Notes: generated from the letters alone by a model not told the origin. A stretch of DNA of 64,000 bases from Waterburya sp. (GCA_965217895.1 CBDCJV010000002.1:3296001-3360000); one strand, 5' to 3'. Positions 1 through 11,513 are shown, counted from the stretch's first letter. Numbers and translations are program-made.

Positions 1-177
1 TGACTAGCTCAATCTCCGATTCGAAAACTACGGTTTTCTATGTAGACGGGGTTTAATTACGCATAATATAGTTAAAATCGCTTGAATTTAATTTAAATAA
101 CAAATCTTTCTATTCACAGATATAGATTTTTTATAAGATGAAAAAAGAAAGTTAATTCACATCAGGCATAAAATACA

Positions 178-909
178 ATGTCTTTCACTACAAAAGTAGC
201 TTTAATAGGTGACTATAACCCATCTGTTACAGCCCATATTGCTATTCCTAAAGCGATCGCGATCGCCAGCCAAGAAAATAACCAAAGTGTTGAAGGTGTC
301 TGGGTAGAGACAAAAAATTTGTCAGGGAATATCGATCATCTTTTAGCTGAATATTCAGGTATCTGGTGTGTTCCTGCAAGTCCTTATAAAAACGTCGATG
401 GTGCATTATCAGCAATACAATACGCTCGCAAGAGAAAAATTCCTTTCTTGGGAACTTGTGGCGGCTATCAACACGCAATCTTGGAATATGCACGATATTT
501 AGGATTTGCCGAGGCTGATAGTGTTGAGGTTAATCCTGACGCATCTATGCCATTGATTGCTCCCCTTTCCTGTGCCTTAATTGAAGCGAACGGAAATATT
601 CTATTTTCTGCTGAATCGCAAGTAAGGCAATTATATGGCACGACTAAAGCAGTAGAAAAATATCGCTGTAGCTATGGCTTAAACGTTGAGTATCTATCAA
701 TATTTGCCGAAAGTGATTTAGTTGTTGCTGGTGTCGATTCTCAAGGAGATCCACGAGTAATTGAATTAAAAAATCATCCATTTTTTATTGGCACAGGTTA
801 TCAGCCCGAAAGATCTGCATTATCAGATCAAAGACATCCACTAATCACCGCTTTTGTAAAGGCGATTATTGCACAGCAAGCAAATGTTTTTAATCTCAGA
901 AGCTATTAG
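178..909 (+). CDS. Stand-alone CTP-synthase-like glutamine amidotransferase domain protein
   Basis: VALIGDY start, PFLGTCGGYQHA nucleophile motif, YRCSYGLN, HPFFIGTGYQPE; no synthetase domain. Confidence 0.8.
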   Translation: MSFTTKVALIGDYNPSVTAHIAIPKAIAIASQENNQSVEGVWVETKNLSGNIDHLLAEYSGIWCVPASPYKNVDGALSAIQYARKRKIPFLGTCGGYQHAILEYARYLGFAEADSVEVNPDASMPLIAPLSCALIEANGNILFSAESQVRQLYGTTKAVEKYRCSYGLNVEYLSIFAESDLVVAGVDSQGDPRVIELKNHPFFIGTGYQPERSALSDQRHPLITAFVKAIIAQQANVFNLRSY

Positions 910-966
910 CTGAAAACCAGTTGATTAACAACGTAAGTCCATCTAATTGAAAACTGCCGTAAAACT

Positions 967-1614
967 ATGATTCGTGTGTTGTTAGTAGACGATCAAAGTA
1001 TTGTGCGGGAAGGGTTATCCAGCCTTTTACAGACTCATCCCGATCTAGAAATTGTTGGCGAAGCAGAAAATGGTCAGTCAGCAGTAGAACAGGCGATCGC
1101 TTTACAGCCAGACGTGATTTTAATGGATATCCGAATGCCAATCATGGACGGAGTAGCAGCAATTCGCATTCTTCAAAAACAAGCACCAAAGATAAAAATA
1201 TTGGTCTTAACTACTTTTGATGACGATCAATACGTTACTCAAGCGATCGCACATGGCGCGCAAGGCTATTTACTCAAAGATACCCCTTCAGCAGAATTAG
1301 CTCAGGCTATTCGCTTGGTTAATAAAGGCTATAGTCAAATGGGACCAGGATTATTAGCTAAAGCTATGAATAATTCTTCTCTTCCACCAAAGCCTGATGC
1401 TATTTCCAGTATCCCTCCAGAATTTGCTCTGTTAACCATCAGAGAAAAAGAAGTACTGCAATTAATTGCTACAGGACATAGTAACAAGGAAATTGCAGCC
1501 AAGCTATATATTACAGAGCGAACTGTCAAAAATCATGTCAACAGTATTTTACGCTCTTTGGATTTACGCGATCGCACTCAAGCTGCTATCTTTGCCAATA
1601 GTTTTCAACCCTAA
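967..1614 (+). CDS. NarL/LuxR-family response regulator
   Basis: Receiver domain (LLVDD, DVILMDIRMP, GYLLK) plus LuxR HTH (LTIREKEVL...SNKEIA...TVKNHV). Confidence 0.92.
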   Translation: MIRVLLVDDQSIVREGLSSLLQTHPDLEIVGEAENGQSAVEQAIALQPDVILMDIRMPIMDGVAAIRILQKQAPKIKILVLTTFDDDQYVTQAIAHGAQGYLLKDTPSAELAQAIRLVNKGYSQMGPGLLAKAMNNSSLPPKPDAISSIPPEFALLTIREKEVLQLIATGHSNKEIAAKLYITERTVKNHVNSILRSLDLRDRTQAAIFANSFQP

Positions 1615-2086
1615 TTTTTAGCAAACTTTATATATGTTGATATTTAAGAGCCGATTGCCAAAAAATTAACTCTTCGTTACTTAAAAAAAATCTCGATCTT
1701 TAATCAACCAGAAATTAGCGAGTATTCACGGAGATTGCTGGTGTTGTGATCGCTATAACTACTATATACCCGACAGCTTTTTAAAGACTATAGGCTATAT
1801 TTATCAGTGCTTTAAGCTAATTCTCATCTTAAAGCTGCTTTAGTTAGGGAGTTTACCAGTAATTTAACTTTTTATTTAATAATCTATTTTTTTGTCTTTT
1901 GTCTTTATTTATTATAAATAAGATCGTAAAATTTGCTTTTTAGTTCTTATTAGGTTTTTAGGAAGTATTAAGCCTTTCCAAAGCGAATATAAAATTATAT
2001 AATCTTAAATACTCTTTGCAGAGATAGTTTTTAAAGATAAACAGCCTTTATTTTCTGGTTCAATTAGCTCATAATGCAGACATGGA

Positions 2087-2102
2087 TGTAAAACCAGATA
2101 CA
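2087..2102. promoter_or_regulatory. Putative NtcA binding site upstream of chlL
   Basis: TGTA-AAACCAGA-TACA matches the TGTA-N8-TACA consensus; lies just downstream of a CATAAT -10-like hexamer (2070-2075). Confidence 0.5.
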
Positions 2103-2167
2103 AAAATTACGTTCTTGGCGATCGCGCTTAAATAAACTCTTATATTAAGAAGCAAGGAGAAACAAAC

Positions 2168-3046
2168 GTGGGTCAAATAAGATTAGCAGTTTACGGCAAA
2201 GGCGGAATCGGTAAATCTACAACTAGCTGCAACATTTCCGCAGCCTTGGCAAAGAGAGGCAAGAAAGTATTACAAATTGGCTGCGATCCTAAACACGACA
2301 GCACCTTTACCCTGACAGGATTTTTGATTCCTACCATTATTGATACGCTTCAAGAAAAAGACTTTCATTATGAAGACATTTGGCCTGAAGATGTAATCTA
2401 TGAGGGTTATGGTGGGGTTAGCTGTGTAGAAGCTGGTGGTCCTCCTGCTGGTGCTGGTTGCGGTGGCTATGTAGTGGGCGAAACCGTCAAGCTACTTAAA
2501 GAATTAAACGCTTTTGATGAGTATGACGTTATTTTATTTGATGTCTTAGGTGACGTTGTATGTGGTGGCTTTGCTGCACCGCTTAACTACGCTGACTACT
2601 GCATGATTGTTACTGATAATGGCTTTGATGCTTTGTTTGCAGCCAACCGTATTGCTGCTTCAGTTAGAGAAAAAGCTCGTACCCATTCTCTACGTCTAGC
2701 GGGTTTAATTGGTAATCGGACTTCCAAGCGGGACTTGATTGACAAGTACATCGAACACGTACCTATGCCTGTGTTGGAGATCTTGCCCTTAATTGAAGAT
2801 ATTCGCGTATCTCGTGTTAAAGGTAAAACTTTGTTTGAAATGGCAGAAAGCGATCCTTCTTTGGCTTACGTCTGTGATTACTATCTCAACATTGCCGATC
2901 AGGTTTTGGCTGCACCAGAAGGAATTGTCCCTAACGAAGCGCAAGACAGAGACTTGTTCTCTTTGTTGTCTGATTACTATTTAAATCCCCCCGCAGCTAA
3001 AGCAGACAAAGCAGATAAAGAAGAATTAGACATGATGATGGTTTAA
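2168..3046 (+). CDS. chlL: Light-independent protochlorophyllide reductase iron-sulfur ATP-binding protein
   Basis: [40 protein letters not shown] start after AGGAG. Confidence 0.98.
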   Translation: MGQIRLAVYGKGGIGKSTTSCNISAALAKRGKKVLQIGCDPKHDSTFTLTGFLIPTIIDTLQEKDFHYEDIWPEDVIYEGYGGVSCVEAGGPPAGAGCGGYVVGETVKLLKELNAFDEYDVILFDVLGDVVCGGFAAPLNYADYCMIVTDNGFDALFAANRIAASVREKARTHSLRLAGLIGNRTSKRDLIDKYIEHVPMPVLEILPLIEDIRVSRVKGKTLFEMAESDPSLAYVCDYYLNIADQVLAAPEGIVPNEAQDRDLFSLLSDYYLNPPAAKADKADKEELDMMMV

Positions 3047-3047
3047 G

Positions 3048-3081
3048 TCATTGAACATTTACCATTGAACATTTATCATTG
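3048..3081. repeat. Short tandem repeat with 14-nt unit TCATTGAACATTTA (STRR-like)
   Basis: tcattgaacattta ccattgaacattta tcattg directly after the chlL stop; related copies at about 48474-48507 and 51079-51108. Confidence 0.65.
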
Positions 3082-3111
3082 GCGATCGATTATCAATAAA
3101 TAATTAGAACA

Positions 3112-3168
3112 GTAGGGTGGGCAATAAAATAACTTTGTAATTCAAGAATCTATATCCTCTTGCCCACC
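3112..3168 (+). repeat. GTAG-type REP-like element with AT-rich spacer
   Basis: GTAGGGTGGGCAA...TTGCCCACC; related copies at 9879-9903 and 19426-19487. Confidence 0.65.
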
Positions 3169-3289
3169 GATTTGATCGCGATTTAACTTAGAGATGCAAT
3201 ATGTCGTGTCTCTCTAAAAATTATCTTTAACTTCAAAGTCAATTCTGGGAAAAATAAATTTATACAACAATTTATGATTTCAGAGGAAA

Positions 3290-5100
<1,811 letters not shown>

Positions 5101-5124
5101 TAATCAAAATTTAGCTCAAATTAA

Positions 5125-5161
5125 AAGGCGATCGCTATCAAATATTGATAGCGATCGCCTT
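5125..5161. terminator. Hairpin between convergent genes, built from two HIP1 sites (likely bidirectional terminator)
   Basis: AAGGCGATCGCTATCAA-ATA-TTGATAGCGATCGCCTT, perfect 17-bp stem. Confidence 0.7.
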
Positions 5162-5243
5162 AACTATGGGATGTCCTAACAAAGTAATGAAGTGTTGTAG
5201 TAATGCCACTTATTTATTTATTGTGCAACGCCATTTTATACTA

Positions 5244-6572
5244 TTAAAAGAGCGATCGCTCTTTTAAACTCAAACTTTGTTCCATTATTTTTAATGCTGT
5301 ATGCAGATTAGCTTGCGTCCATAAAAGCGGTGTAGCATCATTGGGAATATATTTATCTTGGTTTAGAAAATACAGTTCAGGACATTTAAATCCGCCAACC
5401 TGAGTGTCTGTTGCTGTTAATTGTCCCAGGGAACGATTGAGATAAAAGGTTTGTTTCTCTAAATACTTTGTTTGCTGAGTTTTCTGAAATCTAACTCCAT
5501 ATATAGCTGAAATAATCGGCTCAAAGATACACCATTGAGCCTCTTCTCCCTGTTTTAATCCCCGTCCTTTTTCCTCCAGCCATTGTTCTCGATCTGTGGA
5601 GATACTGGTACGGATATTTTCAGGAAGATCGGTATAGTTGCGACACCAAAAAGAATCATTGAGATAGCGAGAAATACCATACTTACCCTGTAAGTTTTTG
5701 ATTACGTCAGCAATAATAGGATTGCTGATGGCATCATCTAAAGTGTCTAATGGATAAATCAAGAACAGTAACGCAGCATCGTAACGCCTTTGCTTTTCTG
5801 GCTGAATAGACTCAGAAGGCAAAATTTTTGCTAGTGCATCAATGCCTTTTTGAATTAAATTATCTAAAAATTTGAGCGTAACTATTCGATCTTGATACTG
5901 GCAAGAAGTGGATATTAATAAGTTTTCTCTAAATAACTTGCCAAAACTCTTAAGACTGGCAACTACAACCCCAATACTAGAAGCCGAAATCTTACGATCT
6001 TCTTCCCAATGACCACTATCTTCATCTTGCCAATAGGCGATCGCCTTAAAGTATAAAGGAAACAGCGTCAAAATTGCTAGTTCTTCTAAACTTGGCTGCA
6101 AAGCTTTGTCAGCAATTAATCGACAGTAAAACCATAAAAAATAACCTAAAGCATCATTTTGAGCGTGTTGCCAATCTTGGTCTATTTCGGTCAAATCTGC
6201 GCCATTAAAGCGAATGTGAGGACGCTGCATGACATGATCTGGATTTATCTCACCATCAATAATCCTTGTAAAACGCTGTTGATGTTGGCTAAAATACTGC
6301 ATCAAACAGCGAAGGCATTTGAGGGCAACATCAGTTTTCCCTGCAAGATAATGAGAGTGAGCAACATAAATATTGTCTCGCACCCATACCGCAGCATATC
6401 CAGTATATTGCGTAGAGTCTAAAACTTGTGCAGCAGGGAATAGACCATTATCTAGGGTAGAAAATGTCAAAGTTCCTCGATCTTGCAATAGCAAAATCAA
6501 ATTTTGTAGATCTGATAATTTGTAGTCTGTTTTGACTAATCGAGCAACTTCATTGTTGTGGATATAGGGCAT
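5244..6572 (-). CDS. Glycoside hydrolase family 15 / phosphorylase-kinase alpha-beta-like protein
   Basis: YAAVWVRD, HAQNDALG, DSGHWEE, ASSIG, YDAALL, CPELY, PLLW; likely start ATG at 6572 (MPYIH) after GGAG rather than TTG at 6629. Confidence 0.75.
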   Translation of the reverse strand: MPYIHNNEVARLVKTDYKLSDLQNLILLLQDRGTLTFSTLDNGLFPAAQVLDSTQYTGYAAVWVRDNIYVAHSHYLAGKTDVALKCLRCLMQYFSQHQQRFTRIIDGEINPDHVMQRPHIRFNGADLTEIDQDWQHAQNDALGYFLWFYCRLIADKALQPSLEELAILTLFPLYFKAIAYWQDEDSGHWEEDRKISASSIGVVVASLKSFGKLFRENLLISTSCQYQDRIVTLKFLDNLIQKGIDALAKILPSESIQPEKQRRYDAALLFLIYPLDTLDDAISNPIIADVIKNLQGKYGISRYLNDSFWCRNYTDLPENIRTSISTDREQWLEEKGRGLKQGEEAQWCIFEPIISAIYGVRFQKTQQTKYLEKQTFYLNRSLGQLTATDTQVGGFKCPELYFLNQDKYIPNDATPLLWTQANLHTALKIMEQSLSLKERSLF

Positions 6573-6630
6573 AAAATTGATTGCTCCAGAAGCGATCGCA
6601 TTTGTAATTAAAGTTACCGAATTAGGCAAT

Positions 6631-6844
6631 ACGCCTAATGTGAATTGACTTTTTGACTATCAGCTTATAAAAAGTCCAATTGAGTGAAATCATGATTAAT
6701 GTTTACGGAAGGGGTTTGGGGAGGGTCGTCACGTCCCCAACAGGGGGTCTGGGGGAAAGTTCCCCCAGTATTATATTTTGGTTTTTACAGACGAATTTTG
6801 AATAAAAATAGAAAAATCAGCTTTTTTTAATTCACATTAGACGT
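6631..6844. mobile_element. 214-bp MITE (possibly IS982-family-derived)
   Basis: 16-bp TIRs ACGCCTAATGTGAATT / AATTCACATTAGACGT (1 mismatch), flanked by GCAAT direct repeats (6626-6630, 6845-6849); G/C-rich hairpin core. Confidence 0.75.
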
Positions 6845-6941
6845 GCAATATAAATCGATAAGTTGGTTACCTATTATCTCGGCTTCACAGATTAATTAGT
6901 ACTTAACATCAGTTAATTATTTTACCTCTATCGCCAAAAAA

Positions 6942-7790
6942 TTAGGCAATAATTTTATTTTTAAATCCTTTAGCATATTGTCTTGGAGTCACTCCAACAA
7001 TGCGTTTGAAATGCCGATGTAAATGGCTTTGGTCGCTAAAGCCTGTCTCAACAGCAACATCAACAATAGACATTCCCATCGCCAATAATTTTTTAGCTTG
7101 AGTAACGCGCAGTTGCACTAAATAAGCATGAGGAGGTAAGCCAAGTGCTTTACGAAATACTCGCAGCAGACGCAGAGGTTTAAGATTAACCAGATCGCAA
7201 AGCTGTTCTAAAGAAATATTTTCGCCATAATTAGCTTTTAAATATTCTTGCGTGCTTCTAACGGCAGCAACTTCCGATCTAATAGGTTTAATTAGCGGTG
7301 GTGCTTGAGCATATTTGCTAATTAACTGAGCAAAAGTCCCAAGAAAAAGCGATTCTTTTTCTAGTTGGGAAGTAGAATTTTCTAAACACAAATGCAAGTA
7401 TCTCAGGTGTGCAGCAAGCTGTATATCTTGAATTACGGGATTGGGAAAATAGGGCAGAGGCTGAAAACGATCTGCCAGTTCTGATGCTGCTTTTTGAAGA
7501 ATTTGAGTTTCGGGATAAAACATTCGATAAGTCCAACCAGATTTAGTAACCGCGTGTCCTGTATGGACTTCACCTGGATGAACGATGACAATACTACTAG
7601 GAGGTGCAGCGTGGTTAGCACCCTGATAGCGAAAGCCTTCAATTCCTGCTTCAATTACGCCAATGGCATAGCCTTCGTGAGTATGTCGCGAAAAAGTATG
7701 GTCGATATAGGTTGCTCGTAATAATTCCAAATTGCCTAAAGAGCGATCGCACCAAAACTTGGCTTTTTCCTGATGGGGTTGAGATTTCAT
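6942..7790 (-). CDS. AraC-family transcriptional regulator
   Basis: N-terminal cupin (FSRHTHEGY, PGEVHTG) and C-terminal HTH (GFSDQSHLHRHFKRIVGVTP). Confidence 0.93.
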   Translation of the reverse strand: MKSQPHQEKAKFWCDRSLGNLELLRATYIDHTFSRHTHEGYAIGVIEAGIEGFRYQGANHAAPPSSIVIVHPGEVHTGHAVTKSGWTYRMFYPETQILQKAASELADRFQPLPYFPNPVIQDIQLAAHLRYLHLCLENSTSQLEKESLFLGTFAQLISKYAQAPPLIKPIRSEVAAVRSTQEYLKANYGENISLEQLCDLVNLKPLRLLRVFRKALGLPPHAYLVQLRVTQAKKLLAMGMSIVDVAVETGFSDQSHLHRHFKRIVGVTPRQYAKGFKNKIIA

Positions 7791-7884
7791 CTAAATAAAA
7801 GAATTATTAGATTCTAAATCTATTTTGCTCTATAGGGTTCAATCCTGTCTTGTACGTTTTTGCAGATGAAAAAATATTATTTCA

Positions 7885-8451
7885 TCAGTTAGCAGTTTTC
7901 AATAGTAGTTCATTAGTTGCAATAACCGTAGCAAACTCTTGATGTAAATTAGCCAAAGATACATCATGTATTTCTGCTGCTGAATATAGTTTTCCGCTTG
8001 GTGCTTTTCTATTGAATGTCGCTGTTGCATCTGAGACAACAAAAGTCTGAAAATCAAGATTGCCAGCCATACGCGCTGTTGTTGAAATACAATGATTAGT
8101 AGTTAGACCAACAATTACCAATGAATCAATTGCGCGATCGCGAAAATGCTGTTCTAATTCAGTTCCAATAAAAGCACTATTCACCGTTTTCTGTATTATC
8201 AGTTCGTCTTGATGTGGACGAGCAATTTCTTTAAATTCAGAGCCAGGCTGATTGGGTTTTAAGGGGGAATTTGGTTCGGTAGATAGATGCTGAATGTCGA
8301 TAATTGGTCTTTTTAACTCTCGCCAATGTTGGAGTAGTTTTTGAATATTCTCTTCGGCATGGGGATTATTTCTTTGTCCCCATTTTGGGTCATCAAACCC
8401 CACTTGAACATCTATAATTAACAACGCAGTATTTTGCGATAACTTTTGCAT
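7885..8451 (-). CDS. Isochorismatase-family cysteine hydrolase
   Basis: ALLIIDVQ, IQKTVNSAF, GLTTNHCISTTAR (Asp-Lys-Cys triad). Confidence 0.9.
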   Translation of the reverse strand: MQKLSQNTALLIIDVQVGFDDPKWGQRNNPHAEENIQKLLQHWRELKRPIIDIQHLSTEPNSPLKPNQPGSEFKEIARPHQDELIIQKTVNSAFIGTELEQHFRDRAIDSLVIVGLTTNHCISTTARMAGNLDFQTFVVSDATATFNRKAPSGKLYSAAEIHDVSLANLHQEFATVIATNELLLKTAN

Positions 8452-8490
8452 CTTATTTTATCGATCTAATTTTAGATCGAGCATTTGACT

Positions 8491-8810
8491 TTAATACTGA
8501 AGTCGAGCGAACATTTTGCTAACAAGTTTAGTTATTTTTTCTAGTCCTTGTTCTTCAACAGAAGCAAATTCTGTCATACTAAAGCCTACCAAGTTAGAGC
8601 AACTCGATAGTTGTTCTAACAGTTCGCTCAATAATTTTAGGCTTAATCCATTTTTCACAGGACATTTAGTACGCAAGCAAATTTGGCTTTATCTTGTAAA
8701 CGCTCGTGTATCAGCATCGCACCAGAATAAAGCTCGTTTGTTATTCCCGAACCTTGCCACTGGGGAAATAATAAGTTTAGAGTTTTTTGAAGGTTAGTTG
8801 TTTGAATCAT
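8491..8810 (-). pseudogene. Arginase-like gene remnant with a large internal deletion
   Basis: N-terminus MIQTTNLQKTLNLLFPQWQGSG...LYSGAML from 8810, joined out of frame to a C-terminal segment GLSLKLLSELLEQL...LVGFSMTE; the metal-binding core is missing. Confidence 0.65.
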
Positions 8811-8909
8811 TAAACGTCCCGATGCGAGTTCTGAAACTGTTTAAATTTAGCTTCTTTTTTTAAAGCGGGTTTCTAGAATTTAGATTCAATATTCAGTGTA
8901 CACTTGCTG

Positions 8910-9701
8910 TCATCTAGACAAAAGTTGAATCGGATCGCCTGCTTTGACTATGCCCTCGACAAGTACCGCCCCATATACCCCAGCATAGCCTTCATGGGAC
9001 TGAGCAATATGCTTAATTAATTTAGAATCTACTGCTGCTGTGTCTGGATTGACGGTAATTACTTTGCATCTTGGATCGCGTTCGAGTACATTTATTTCCA
9101 AGCGATCGCCAATTTTTAAGCAATGACCGACTAAATCATTTTCATATTTTGTTTGCTCATTGTTCCACTTGACGTAAAAATTGGCTCGAAACTGTCGTTT
9201 ATCGATTTCTGTATTTAGTTCTTCTGCCAATAGATCTCGCATCTGCATAGAAAATATAGATAGTGGTCGGCAATCGAACTGACTTCTTTGGCTAAAATGC
9301 AGACTGAGATTGCGATCGCCAGTTAGAGATTTTAGATGTTCTAAAAAAGCATGATTATCGAGGCTGTAAACATCACTATTTGGAGCTTCAACTTCAACGC
9401 TAAATTGATTTTGATCGGGATAGAGAGGATTGATGCCTGGGGGCATTTTTTGTGCTGCTGCTAAGTTTCCTGGCTGTAGGGTGGCACTATGATTTTTATA
9501 CCGAGGCTGATACAGTAAAAGTGATTCATAGTCTCGAATCGTGAACCAAGGAAAGGCGGGATTGCCCTCACCATTAACAATTCCGTAAAGGCGATCGCCC
9601 ATCATTCCCGCGAAAGAGACAAAAATTTCATCAAGCGTTTCTCCTCTCATACTCTTAACTGGATAACGCCAGATGCTTTCAACCGTGCCAATTGGGGACA
9701 T
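8910..9701 (-). CDS. MOSC-domain protein
   Basis: IWRYPVKSMRGE, GDRLY, FRANF, DPRC, GIVKAGD. Confidence 0.88.
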   Translation of the reverse strand: MSPIGTVESIWRYPVKSMRGETLDEIFVSFAGMMGDRLYGIVNGEGNPAFPWFTIRDYESLLLYQPRYKNHSATLQPGNLAAAQKMPPGINPLYPDQNQFSVEVEAPNSDVYSLDNHAFLEHLKSLTGDRNLSLHFSQRSQFDCRPLSIFSMQMRDLLAEELNTEIDKRQFRANFYVKWNNEQTKYENDLVGHCLKIGDRLEINVLERDPRCKVITVNPDTAAVDSKLIKHIAQSHEGYAGVYGAVLVEGIVKAGDPIQLLSR

Positions 9702-9878
9702 TTGCCGACCTCATTTACAAGAGATTAGTATCGATTGCAGCATATTCAAAAGAGCTTTGTTAAACAGTAAACAGCGTTACTTTATTGCTAGAAATCGCCA
9801 ATTCTTTCTCAAGACTCCGCCCTAAACAGATGGACAGATGGGGATGTGTGCCTTTCTGCATACTCTTTAAATACCTTT

Positions 9879-9903
9879 GTAAGGTAGGCATTGCCCACCT
9901 TAC
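9879..9903. repeat. REP-like palindrome
   Basis: GTAAGGTAGGCA-TTGCCCACCTTAC hairpin, related to 3112 and 19426 copies. Confidence 0.6.
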
Positions 9904-9983
9904 GAGTTATTGGTTGCACTCTTTTTTCTGGTATGAGTTAAATCAAGCTTTTTTATCAACAGGTCATAACTTGATATAATAAG

Positions 9984-10026
9984 TGTATTCAATGATACTT
10001 TTGCCAAGTTAAATTACCTTTATTTT
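9984..10026 (+). promoter_or_regulatory. NtcA-activated (class II) promoter
   Basis: TGTA-TTCAATGA-TAC (GTA 9985 to TAC 9998), then 22 nt, then TAN3T (TATTTT, 10021-10026). Confidence 0.75.
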
Positions 10027-10082
10027 TAAATGGAAAGTAAGTCTCTACAGCCCTTTTAAAACTTTTCATTGGAGATATATTT

Positions 10083-11513
10083 ATGTCCGCTACCAAAATC
10101 TGGGATAAAGAGCCGTTTTGGGGATTGAGCTACGATCTAGATCCTCAATGGGTGCTAACCTCAGCCCAAAAGGAATTACAGACCAAATTAATCGAGCTTT
10201 GCGCTACTACACTACGCCCTAACGCCGTTGAATCCGATGCTGCTCTAATTTATCCTCGTAAGAATTTTGAAGCTCTAGCGAGTCTTGGTTTGTTAAGTCT
10301 TTTAGTACCTAAAAAATGGTGCGGTTTGGGCGAAAATCATACTTGTGCTGCAATGGTGGTGGAAACGATCGCCCGCTATGGTTGTCCAAGTACTGCTATG
10401 TGTTATACGATGCACTTAGGAGCAGTAACTACAGCCTTGTTTCGCGCCGATCGCAACTTGGAACTACAGCAGGTTTTACAGCGTTTAGACTCGGATGTAT
10501 TTATTGGCACGCTTTCTTTTTCCGATCCTGAAACTGGTTCTCACTTCTGGTATCCCTTCTCTTCTAAAGCCAAAAAAGTAGCGGGAGGATGGGAAGTTCT
10601 CAAAAAAGCTTCCTGGACGACATCGGCGGGTTTTGCTGATTGGTACGTGGTGCAGACTACTAGCCCTGACTTTGATGGCGACTACTCTGATTTATCTTGT
10701 TTCTTGGTTTATGCCGACGAAGTACAGGCCGAACCTAAAAAATGGGATGCTCTTGGTTTACGGGGCAATCAATCGGGAACTTTATTAGTTGATAATGTAA
10801 AAATTCCCGAAACAAGAATGATCGGTGAAACGGGGGAAGGTGCGATCGCCAATGATGAGATAGTCGATCCGTTTTTCCTGCTTTGTTCTTCGGCCTGTTG
10901 GAATGGCATTGCTATGGGGGCGATCGATATTGCTAAACGTCATACTACCAAGAAGAAGCATATTGATGTGGGAATGCGGGTGGCTGACTATCCGACAATT
11001 CAGGACTATTTTGGCGAAGCGGTAATGGATAGTAATGCGTCTCGTAGTTTTGTCTTCTCAATGGCAAAGCTAATGGACGACTTGACTAATAACTGTGATT
11101 GGACACTTCATCTTAATGCAGAAAATAATCCTCGTTCGGCTTATCTACATTGGTACTGGCAGATTAAATTTATTGCAGCGAAAAATGTAGCTCAAGTTAC
11201 GGATAAAATGCTTCATGCCTGTGGCGGAACTGGTTTTAAAAAAGAATTAGGTATTGAAAGATATCTGCGCGATGGCAAAGCAGGCTGGGTTATGGGTCCT
11301 ACTAATGAGGTTTTAAGACAATTTGTGGGCAAATTTGCTCTGTTTAATGGTTATGAAGCTCTCGACTACTGGAATCAATCTGTAAACAAAAGAGTCCTGC
11401 ACAATGAGATTAAAAAAATGGATGCAGCAGCTAAAAAGCAATTGGCGGAAGAATTGCTAGCAGAATTGGCAGAACAAGAATCGGCGCAGGATGTGTTGGT
11501 AACGTCAGGTTAA
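10083..11513 (+). CDS. Acyl-CoA dehydrogenase-fold flavoprotein (atypical)
   Basis: SFSDPETGSH, KASWTTSA, LGLRGNQSG, MLHACGGTGF, IERYLRD; GGAG RBS. Confidence 0.85.
   Translation: MSATKIWDKEPFWGLSYDLDPQWVLTSAQKELQTKLIELCATTLRPNAVESDAALIYPRKNFEALASLGLLSLLVPKKWCGLGENHTCAAMVVETIARYGCPSTAMCYTMHLGAVTTALFRADRNLELQQVLQRLDSDVFIGTLSFSDPETGSHFWYPFSSKAKKVAGGWEVLKKASWTTSAGFADWYVVQTTSPDFDGDYSDLSCFLVYADEVQAEPKKWDALGLRGNQSGTLLVDNVKIPETRMIGETGEGAIANDEIVDPFFLLCSSACWNGIAMGAIDIAKRHTTKKKHIDVGMRVADYPTIQDYFGEAVMDSNASRSFVFSMAKLMDDLTNNCDWTLHLNAENNPRSAYLHWYWQIKFIAAKNVAQVTDKMLHACGGTGFKKELGIERYLRDGKAGWVMGPTNEVLRQFVGKFALFNGYEALDYWNQSVNKRVLHNEIKKMDAAAKKQLAEELLAELAEQESAQDVLVTSG

Noticed and set aside
1..60. Possible IS200/IS605 or other element end (…GTAGACGGGGTTTAA)
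   Set aside because: Cut by the window edge; no transposase or second end visible.
9785..10082. Guanidine riboswitch ahead of the DUF1989-containing operon
   Set aside because: No ykkC-type or paired ACGR hairpins recognised, and no urea carboxylase in the window; NtcA boxes are present instead.
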